A stretch of DNA of 64,000 bases. Source: Octopus bimaculoides (lineage: Eukaryota). A model generated the notes under the pieces. That model searched no databases. It was not told the origin of the DNA and worked only from the letters and a program-made list of their open reading frames with translations. The stretch spans positions 35,291,278 through 35,355,277 of the forward strand of contig NC_068987.1 in assembly GCF_001194135.2 (NCBI RefSeq), written 5' to 3'. This document shows, in pieces, positions 53,151-64,000 of this stretch. How positions within the stretch are numbered: the stretch's first letter is position 1; each line of letters starts with the position of its first letter. Both the position numbers and the translations under genes were made by a program.

Positions 53151-54787
53151 GGATGTTATTTAAATTTCTACCATTTACACCACTAACTTGTTTACTATAT
53201 AGTTGCCTAATTTGAAGTTTCAGCAGCCAGAAATTCAGAAGATAGTCTTGTTTATCTTGTATATAGTGTATGTGTGCGTATATATATATGTATATATATA
53301 NNNNNNNNNNNNNNNNNNNNNNNNNNNNNNNNNNNNNNNNNNNNNNNNNNNNNNNNNNNNNNNNNNNNNNNNNNNNNNNNNNNNNNNNNNNNNNNNNNNN
53401 NNNNNNNNNNNNNNNNNNNNNNNNNNNNNNNNNNNNNNNNNNNNNNNNNNNNNNNNNNNNNNNNNNNNNNNNNNNNNNNNNNNNNNNNNNNNNNNNNNNN
53501 NNNNNNNNNNNNNNNNNNNNNNNNNNNNNNNNNNNNNNNNNNNNNNNNNATATATATATATATATATATATATATACAACAATGTGTATGGGTATGCCTG
53601 TTATATTTCCATAGGAAAGAGAAAGAAAGAAAGGAGAGGAAGACAAATATGCCTGCCATTGATGAAGTAAATGTTATTTGATAGTGTAACAACCAATCTT
53701 TAACTTAGTGAACACTAAATCTAACTACGATCAGATTACTCACTTTGTTTCGCTGCATACATAAACTAGTACATTCAAAAAAATCTGTCATTCTTTTGGC
53801 CATATGAAACCAGATTGTTCAGTCATTTTGTACCCTCTCATACAAAGAGTTCAAAATCGAGCTGCGAAAATACAATTCAATCAACAATTTGTACAAAAGA
53901 AACCTACATTCACATGAATATTTCTGGATATCTATAGAAATCTGGCCGTCTTCTCCAGATTGTGCATAGAGATACATAATTTTAAATGCCCAATTTTCAC
54001 TGTTATACACATATTGCACTGCCAGTTTATCTTTAGAATCCTGGAGGATCATCTTCAACTCTACCGCTAATTCTTTCCACTTAGTTACTCGATACTAACA
54101 GACTAAAATTTGAATGATATACGTGGACGTCAAAATTATTTTTAAGCGCGTGTTTTTCGAGAAGGCTAGCGAAAAGAGTGAAACAATATTAAGTGATCAA
54201 AGCAAGAGAACAAATGAGCTTACTTCAAACTTCAGCACTCACCTCTTGTGGAAGGTATGTCAGGAAAGGCCTTCTGAGAAGTTTCGTCATTTATTTTTGT
54301 TTTTCTGAAAATCCCCATACTTGCTGAAAAATTTACCACGTGTGTCACGTATATATCTGCTAACGATTCTATTGACAATCAGTATGCATAATTGTGGGGG
54401 TGAATTTCTCAAATACGATAGCTCTTTTTACCATGTTCATTTTGTATGATTTTGCTAAGTACCTTATCAACTCACAACAAGTTGATGTTTTTTGTGTGTT
54501 TGACAGTTTATCTATTAATTTCAGGGTTTTGCAAAGTGCAAAAACTAACAATTTTCATTGGTCATGAAAACATAGTATGAACATTTAATTGTGGCATAAT
54601 TGAAAAGTGATAAAAATTATGGACCATCAAAATACTACCTAAAAGATAAATTCTTCACAGTAAACATGCCATAGCAACATGTCAACGTGCCAACAATCTG
54701 TATTACTTCACCTGCCTTTATAAAGAAAGTGAAAGAATTCGTTTAACTAATACAACAGGAAGCCAAAGAAACAACGGTGGGATCAGA

Positions 54788-54942
54788 TTATTTACATTAT
54801 TTACATTTGACGAGTATTTGCCCTCATCTTGTTTGCTGTTAACACATTTCGGCTGATACCCTCCAGCCTTCATCAACTGTCTTCGGGAAATTTCGAACCT
54901 GGGTTCTCATTCATAAGGTATTTTTCGATGTTGTTGTTGTTG

Positions 54943-55012
<70 letters not shown>

Positions 55013-55284
55013 TCAGGTCACTGCCTAGAATCGAACTCAGAACCTTGAGGTTTAAAGCGCAGGCTACTAACCCCAAGATTCCGAGTTCGATTCCATGCAG
55101 TGACCTGAACAACAACAACATCGAAAAAAATACTTTAGCTAGGTTCGAAATTTCCCCAAGACACCTGATGAAGGCTGGAGGGTATTTCAGCCGAAACGTT
55201 GTGTTAACAACAAACAAGATGAGGACAAATATCCGTCAATTGTAAATAATGTACATAATTCCTCATCTCTTAAATCCAGAACTG
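54788..55284. mobile_element. Palindromic head-to-head dimer of a tRNA-headed, hammerhead-tailed element, locus 2
   Basis: Left arm (54788-~55050) is the reverse complement of the right arm (~55051-55284). B box GTTCGATTC at 55085-55093; A boxes deleted at the centre. Colinear with 46921-47450. Confidence 0.9.
55160..55205 (+). ncRNA. Minimal type I hammerhead ribozyme motif (Penelope-type)
   Basis: Stem I GACAC (55160-64) / GTGTT (55201-05); core CTGATGA (55165-71) plus an extra A; stem II GGCTG (55173-77) / CAGCC (55188-92); GAAAC-GTT (55193-55200) with palindromic ACGT stem III; predicted cut after 55200. Confidence 0.7.
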
Positions 55285-58200
55285 GAGGAATCAGATATTT
55301 AAAGAAAGACAGAAAATAGACAATATTGGCGTTATTCGATTTTAATGAAATCAATAGAGATACACACATTAAAATTTACACAGCGTCAGAATAAAATATC
55401 TGACATAAAATATCATTTAAAATGAAGGGCCTTGCGAAATTGAACTGATATCTTTCTTTAAAGTACAAGGATTTTTCTGAAGAAAGCAAAAATTTGTCTC
55501 CAACCAAATTATTACATAAATTGATGGTCTCTCTGAGGAGATCGTTTAAACCTGGACATGAGCATATGTGGAAACAGAAATAGAAGCAGCTTAGAAGCTA
55601 CAGAAAACATTTATGTAGTTAAAAACAGAGGGTGTTAGAAGCTGGTAAAGCTGAAAATTCTACCTATTTTATTTGACGGAGCACGCAAGTTTTTATCTCC
55701 AGAAGACAATTAAATGAATAACCAGAGGATGAACGATGTTTATTTTTAAGAGCGAGTCAAATAAAATCTCAAATCATGTAGACATTCTAGTTTGCTTCAC
55801 AAATATATGACTGTACTGACATTTTACTAGAGCTAATACACTGGAAATTAAATTATCACATTGAGAAGTACTAAGATGTTGCTGCAGATGCTTTTTAACT
55901 TTATATAAATATCACTGGACATTTAACACAGTACTGCATAAAAATGAGTAATGTATACTTGTCTTCTCAACAATTACCTTTAGTTCAAAATACATTGCAA
56001 CTGTTGGAGAAAACATACCACAATGTGAGGTTCTCTCAAACCATTATAACAACAAGTACAGGGAAAGACAATATCAATGATGATGACACCTTTATTTTCC
56101 AAAAGTGCCTTCTAAATGTAAATAAATTGAAACTATTACATTATTTAACAGTATATATATAATCAGCATAAGAAATACTTGAAGGTGCCTTCCATTCTAA
56201 GGAGTTATTACAAGACTTAACATCCCTCTAATTGGACCTCTTAAAAGATGTGATGCATGCCAAGATAACTTCCTTCTTTTCCATTGAATTGCCTTGCTGG
56301 AGACATGCACATCTTTCGGCATTAATAAAAGAAAAAAAAATATCAATTCTCGCTATTTCCTCTACGATTGTAGAATCGCGGTAGTGAATAACAAATTCAT
56401 TTGAAAATGCTCTTAATAGCCAGTGACTTTTCTATTGAATAAAATATGTTCCTTTATATATTCCGGTTATTTATTTCTTCAAATATATAATATATGAGGT
56501 CATATTTTAATGAATGTAGTATGGTAACCTCTAATTTCTTTATATATCAGCTTGTTTAGTTTTTAAATAACTTACTTTAATAGAAGTGTAAAGCAGTGGA
56601 TATATTTAAGAGTGTTTAGTTTGTATTTCGCTACAAAGCAATTCATCTACTATTCTGAATAAAGTTGTCCATACAATTTAGCGTAAAACATCTTATCGCA
56701 TTACAGCTGATGTATCTAGGTAGTTCAGTCGACTGGTGTTAATATACCAGCTTCATATTTTTCTAATTTATATGTGTAATGTGTTTGTGTAAAATAATAT
56801 CCATTTGTTTGTCTTTCATGAATTGATCTGTAATGCTTATTTCAAATAATACATATACTGGGCCAACGAAAGAAATATCACATAAATTTGATGACAATCT
56901 TGTAGATATTTATATTTTAAGTGTGTCATTATCTACATGACAAAGATATTAGATGATTCAACATAAAATATGCGAAAATTAACCTTGCTCATGTCCGTTA
57001 ACGTATTTCCATCTACCTTATAATGATTTTGTCGGAGGAAGAATGATGGCGCACTTTATCCTTCTCAAAGACTGTGAACGGAGATTACTCAACTATTTAC
57101 AACTATTTTGAATATATGAAAGCACCAAGTGGTGATGACAATCTGTACGACTGTTTAAATAAGTCTACAGTCCAAGAACAGTGCTCGTTCGCTCGACCCA
57201 GTTTACATCTAATGGACGGTTTTCACACACAGACACACACACACAGATTTCATCAGCCTGAGGCCATTAGTTAAAAGTGCTTGTCCAATATTTCAGTCAG
57301 TAGTATCGAATGCGCCGATCATTGGTAAACAGAAGTAAATTTCTATTCTGAGTTTGTACGTTCTACTTAAGTCGGTCATTAATTTTGTTGGTTTCTTGTA
57401 TTTTATAGATATTTGATATCATAGACTCGAAACCTAACATCCACATTAAAATATTTCTTCACATCGTGCTTCTAATGCACATTATGAATCAGCTTATGTC
57501 GAATCTTGGCTGCTGATTTTATAGTTGGTTTCGAATAATCATTTATAGATTTGTCAGTTCAAATGCGTTTGCATTTAAAGGTTTTAATTATCATTCAGTG
57601 AGTTATATAGCTTATACGAGAAACGCAGTTTGGTTTCCATTACTTTTATGCCATTTATGTGAACATGTCTACCTTATCGTTTCTGCTCTTATGTTAACTA
57701 GTATATTGAGATAATTATGTCGCATGTTTTATCTTTTTGTTTGAGGATATTTGGTACAGAATAACGTTATCACGTGTACGATTTATCACTTAATTGTTGT
57801 ACTATTTGTTAAACTGCATACACGACTTTAATGCGATAATCCGGTTCACTTTTGTAATGTTAGATTTAAGACCCCAGCCTGAATTATAATTTGGATGATA
57901 TAATAGGTCTGCACCTAGATCGATTTTATGCATTCAGTTTGCAACTAGGATTTCGCGTTTTTACATCCTTCCCTTTAAACTCCCGAATCGATCAGTTTTA
58001 ATGATGAAATGTTGGAAGCAATGTATGCAGGGAAGTAGTATTTAAAAGCTATGATTTGATACTCTGAAATATAAGAGGAATATATTATTTCTAACTTCGA
58101 CATCTGCAAATGACTCTTGCTTCCTCGTTGAAAATATAGTTACATAAGAAGGCATGAGCTCTATTAACAAATAGTAAGACCAATGGCATAAGGAGCAACT

Positions 58201-59854
58201 ACATAAGAATATTGCATAAAAAAACAATGCATATAGCTGCTGTATAAGACACGAATTAACAATTTTAGCTCCCTACCGTGAAGCAATAATCAACAGAATT
58301 AAAAATCATGTTTTGGACTAAGGTCTCCACCACCAATACACCAACGTATCATTGTTATATAGTGGTAAAACAGCTATCGTTGAACAATCTTGTGTAATAA
58401 AACATCACATAATTCCACAATGGCAACATTTAAGCACACACAATGCTTTGCAAGTGAGATGAGTGTCACTCAAGATTATCAAGAATAGTGTGTTATAAAA
58501 CAAATGCACGTAAAAGTGTCACAGATAATTAGTCGTCCTATTGACAACTTGATTTATTACAACAACCTAATTTAAAATTGCTCAAATTCTTCCTAACTTT
58601 TGAAAAGGCCCCATAATATAAATCCAATAACACATCGACTATTCACATAGTAGTCATATTATTTTCTGTTGTTATGGTTGAATTGTATGATTGTCGAAGA
58701 GAATAATGTAATTCTGGGTTTATTAATTATATATATATATATATATATACATACATACACATATTTTCTTCAGTTACTAACACTCTAGGTTTTCCTTACA
58801 TCGTCCGCCAATTCTGCTGCAAAACCATGACATTGCCACCTATAATTTCTTTCATCTCCCAGCCATTCTCTCCGTTCAGTGCGCCAGCAACGACCTGACA
58901 GTTTCATGGAGCCTTTAGTGTGAGCTGGATTGATATCGGTTTCAGCACTCCTCGAAATTTCCATTCTGATATTCTCTCTTCACAACAATATATTAAGTGC
59001 ATGGCTGTAACTGTTTATACTAGTGAAATCCCACTGAGACAATTTCTGTAACTTCAGGAACACAGCATGAACATACGAGTTTTAATGAGTTTTAATGAGT
59101 TTATATGTTACTATGTTTTTGCGTATTCACACGTTTATGTATGCGCATTTATATGTTTATAACTTACAAATGATTATTTATACAGAAATGGATCTCGTGT
59201 ATATGCAATGACTTGAATATGTACATTGATATATGCAGTTGAATATTTGCACTTGGGTATATATGTATATAGATAGATAAATAGATAGATACAGAAATTG
59301 ATGGGGATGAAGAATATACGACCTCGTTAGATATATTACTATGCGCCAAACATTGGTTACAGCGAAAATAGCTGTAGGAATGCCACGTCACTTCTAATAA
59401 GAGAAGGTGCATATAACTCGCTGGACATGACTGGAACAATTGAATTCATATCCAAAGTGACGAAGGATTATAAAAGTAGATATATAATTGAATTAATTTT
59501 GTTCGTGAATATATGTGTATTTGATTGACGTTGTTGAATATTTGAGTTACAATCAGAGGCAATCCAAAACCTCATTCAGGATTCATTATATAATCTAAGG
59601 TAATCGTGCACCATGTCATGTAATGAAGTCGAAAACGTATTCTCATAGCTGCAAATTGAGATTCTTCGACGTGGAAACATGCAGGCTTTAAAAATATATA
59701 TACATACACGCGCGCACACACACATACATACATACATACATACATACATACATACATACATACGTACATGCATACATGCATACGTATACATACATGAATA
59801 CATGGAAAAAAGTGAGAGTGAAGGTACATACAAACAGATGTGAAATGCGTGGCT

Positions 59855-60069
59855 TTTACTTGTTTCAATCATTTGACTCCAGCCATGTTTGGGTATAGCC
59901 TTGAAGAGATTTAGTCGAACAAATTGATCCTACGACTAATTTATTCTAAGGCTAGTACTTATTCTGTCGTTTTCAATTTGCCGAACCGCTAACTTACGGG
60001 AATATAAACCCACGAATACCGATTGTGAAGTGGTGGTGATGACGGATAAATACAGACACACACATATAA

Positions 60070-60105
<36 letters not shown>

Positions 60106-60115
60106 NNNNNNNNNN

Positions 60116-60159
<44 letters not shown>

Positions 60160-60310
60160 CATTTTTCGGTTTCCATTTGCCAAATCCACTCACAAGGCTT
60201 TGGTCGGTCCGAGATTATACCTGAAGACAGTTGCCCACTGTGCCACCAAAGTGGGACTGTACCCGGAAACATGGTGTTGGGAAGCAAGCTTCTTACCAGA
60301 TATCCACGTT
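59855..60310 (-). mobile_element. SINE family C, full-length, internal (TG/CA)n microsatellite containing a gap
   Basis: tRNA-like head at right (reverse complement tggtaagaagcttgcttcccaac...ccgggtacagtccc); body ccaaatccactcacaaggctttggtcgg; 3' half ttgccgaaccgctaac...tgtttcaatcatttgac. Confidence 0.85.
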
Positions 60311-60354
60311 TGTACCTGCGTATGTGTACATGGGCGTGTATGTATGCGTTTGTG

Positions 60355-60570
60355 TGTATTAGTATGTGTATTTGTCTTCCTCCACCACTTGACAACCAAA
60401 CTTGGCGTGATTAAGTTCATGTAACTAGAAGTTCGGTCAATGAGACATATAGAAATAGCAGGCTTGGAATAAAATAGCAGTCCTGCAGTCGATATGCAAG
60501 ACTAAAACCCTTGTGTCTGTGTTCTCATATGGCCGCAGTCAAATGACTGAAAGAAGATAAAAGAAAGATT
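60355..60570 (+). mobile_element. SINE family C, 3' half, inverted relative to 59855-60310
   Basis: cttgacaaccaaacttggcgtg...gactaaaaccctt...tggccgcagtcaaatgactgaaag. Confidence 0.7.
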
Positions 60571-62083
60571 ATANNNNNNNNNNNNNNNNNNNNNNNNNNN
60601 NNNNNNNNNNNNNNNNNNNNNNNNNNNNNNNNNNNNNNNNNNNNNNNNNNNNNNNNNNNNNNNNNNNNNNNNNNNNNNNNNNNNNNNNNNNNNNNNNNNN
60701 NNNNNNNNNNNNNNNNNNNTATATATATTTATATGCATATACATATACGCAGACACACACGCACTAGTACATAGGCAGATATGAAAGCTACATCCATGAA
60801 GAAAAATAAGGCGAGAGAATTCTTTGAATACTAATAGTTGCACTGCCATATGACTATACACAGCGAATTAGTTGACCTAATTGAATATATGATATCCCTT
60901 ACCGGGCCATCGTCTCAAAAGCCACTATGAAATTCGGATTATATACAGAAATTCTCGCTTTACAACATTTTATTCATGGCAATAAAATTTTATATTTCCA
61001 GCTCTCCCATACATTAATACATAAAAGGATTTTTTATACGCACATTATCGACGATAATTTAAATCGTAAACACATTAATTCAGGATAGAAAATACATTAA
61101 ATATGCGAATGCGGGTTCGTTCAAAGATTAATATATAGATTTAGGGACTGTCAAATATCGGAGAGTAAGCAATCACACGAAGGAATATAAATATTAAATA
61201 CTTGCTTACACATATACGGAGACGCAAACATACATATCAGACACACCGACGCATGCTGTATAAAAGTAAGCACATTCATATATGCGCACATATTCATGCT
61301 CATGCATCTCTATTCCTGGAGATATACGAGTAATAATAGATACATTCAATTTAACTAATGTGTACGTGTCTTAGCGTTGCTTATATGTATGCGTGTGTAT
61401 ATGTACATATGTATATATATGTATGTGTGTATGTGTGTGTGTTTCTGTGTGTGTACACGCGCTCACACATATATATTTATATATGTTTGTGTATGTATAT
61501 GTACATGTCGGATATTTGAATGTAAGTGCATGATTATCACCAAACGTGAATAATATTGTATTTTTTGTGAAAGACGTTTATATTAACGATAATTATAGGA
61601 CTGTCGTACCCTGCTTTGCTAGTGAAAGCCCGAATATATAGAATATATATCACCGAAGAATACGGTCTCCCATAAAATACGGCTCTTTCAATCGTATTCT
61701 AATAACCTAATATCGCAAATGTTAATTGAATCCTTTATAGCATGGCAGGTAATTTCTGTATTGTACATAAACACAGGCTCACCTAAACAAACGTGCTTTA
61801 ATATACATATATATGTGGATATATCTATTTATATGTGCGTATGTTTGCGTGTATGCGTATGTGAGTGCTTGTATATACATGTACCTGTGCAAACGAGTGT
61901 GAGGTGTATACGTACAAATAATGCTATGTGAAGGTTTATTCTCATAGGAAAGTGACACGCATACATATTCATTCATACAGATATGAAAGAGTCACAGCAC
62001 AGCATCACTTCATGTTCTTTACCTATTCCCCTATGTGTATGTATGTATACATAAATAAATACACACATATATATATATTTACT

Positions 62084-62138
<55 letters not shown>

Positions 62139-64000
62139 TCATTTAAAATACAGAGATGCCTATAATAGGACATCTGACCCGCTAGAAAGAGCAGCAAAAG
62201 ACTACATACCACAAAAATAGGGATAATTTCGAAAGGGAATGAAAAATAAAAACATTTACCAATCTATATTCTCGCTAGACCACTGGTGGTAAATACAATT
62301 TCAAAATTTTTTTTGGCTACCGTATAATTTATTAATATATATATATATATAAATATATATACATATACACAATCTCACACGCACATATATATTTATATGT
62401 TTGTATGTAATCACTTTCTACTGCTGATGAATTAAATTCCAAATGTGCTCTAATCTAACAGTATTCATATTCCCATAATCCACATTTGAGCGTATTTTAT
62501 ACTGTTTTCCAAGTATCCTATACTATATAACACTACAATAGAATCCAATAAATATATAGAATATAGAAAGACTTATATGCATACATGGAAATTTGCGTGT
62601 GTGTGTGCGTGCGCATGCGCGTGCCCGTTTGACCATGTTTATGTATACATGGATATTCTGTTTCCGCATAGACTATGATATTCTGATGCTTAAGGTAACG
62701 TACTAAATGCGTAGCATAGGTTAAAAATATTTACATTTATAAAATTAGAACATATGCGTATTTTAATATATATTTCGCATCTTTCAATTTAAAAATATGA
62801 TGTAAATAATGTTTTAAGTTCACACACTCAATTAGAAGAATAAAAGAATCGATTAGAGTAATAACAATGAAAAATATAGAACTTTCTAAAGGAGATATTT
62901 ATGACAAAATATGAGGTAAATGAAAGTGGTTGTGAATAAAGCATCTTGAACTCAACGCAAAAGGCGATGACTTTCTCGATAAAGTATTTCTCGAATAGTA
63001 TTTTACGAGCCAAAGCTTAGAATTTCAATTAGGATGTAAGTCTCTGCATAAGAAAGCATCTTTGAAACTCGTTACACTTTGTAGCTGAAGGACTTCTGTT
63101 TTTTTTTTTTATATTTGATTTGGGATATTTAGGATTTATTTCGATGTTTGGCCCTCGTCATAGGACGATATTTGCTACCATGTATAGCTTGCCGGTGTGG
63201 TGATTCTCTTGTCAATCAAGAGCTTCTATAAACAGTCAGTTAAAAATAGTACTGAGTCAAACCGATTGAATATAGACATTTATTTGATTCGGCACCGACA
63301 GGGAGACTTTTGGTGCATAGGGAGCCGTTGATATAGTTAATGTTAGTCAAAATGATACACGGCCTTTTTTTTACTTGGAGATATTGGATCTACATTTGGC
63401 ATATGCTTTAATACTTTTAATAGTTCGGATATGACACACGTTATATCTCCTTTTCACTATTTGCCTGTTGTAAATTTCATTATAACGATGCTCTGCTGAA
63501 GGATACTTGTAAAGATATGTCTGAAATTTCTTGTTTATCTTTGCCATTACGTTTAAGGAAGCTTATTTCATAATTTCCATCACGCGACTCCTATCTGACA
63601 ATGTTTCAGCGAAACAAGCTGTGCAAGCACGATAAATTTAATGGATAAAATGGTTTAACTGGTTGGCGTATTGACAAATCCATTCTTTAAGCCAGTATTC
63701 AGGAGAGCGTTTTTAAAGGAAGGGTTGGTAAAATGTATTAGAAGCAAGATTTTACAACTCCTAATGAAGAGGAAGGTTTTGAAAATCCAGGGACAATGGC
63801 AAAACATTAAAGAATGGCACCTTAATTGCTTATTTGCTTTATAGATAGGTATATAGGTATATATTTCTTGATCTAGAGAATAATGTAAGAAGCCAATTTA
63901 CGTTGAATTATTTTCGGCATGTATTTCGTGGCCTAACCTGTTGAATGTCTTAACTAGACACTGAAGAAAAACGTTTAAAGTATGAGCATCACAATAGAGT

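Noticed and set aside
1-64000. CRISPR array, rRNA or prokaryotic operon
   Set aside because: No repeat-spacer array, rRNA-like sequence or gene-dense region; all regular repeats are microsatellites or transposon-derived.

Overview
Eukaryotic, AT-rich, repeat-dominated 64 kb window with 11 N-gaps, most bordered by (TA)n. The SINE families and microsatellite density best fit an octopus (coleoid cephalopod) short-read assembly; that is inference from recalled repeat sequences, not a search. No intact, identifiable host gene is visible; most long ORFs in the track are microsatellite, gap or decayed-transposon translations. One candidate spliced coding exon lies at 458-680. Content: five or more decayed R4/Dong-like LINE pieces (RT, CCHC, restriction-like endonuclease), an RTE LINE 5' part, L1/Tx1-like pieces, a Penelope-like RT remnant, two mariner remnants, a hAT remnant, a Gypsy integrase scrap, an 84-bp-arm foldback, and over 20 SINE-like copies of several families. 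Most notable: two loci (46921-47450, 54788-55284) carry the same ~500 bp palindrome, a head-to-head dimer of a tRNA-headed element whose 3' part folds as a Penelope-type minimal hammerhead ribozyme. Shared arm-specific variants suggest the dimer spread as a unit. An 86 bp Dong-like 3' end sits in a SINE (TAT)n tail with a 26 bp target-site duplication. All translations and alignments were done by eye; element boundaries are approximate unless stated as exact.
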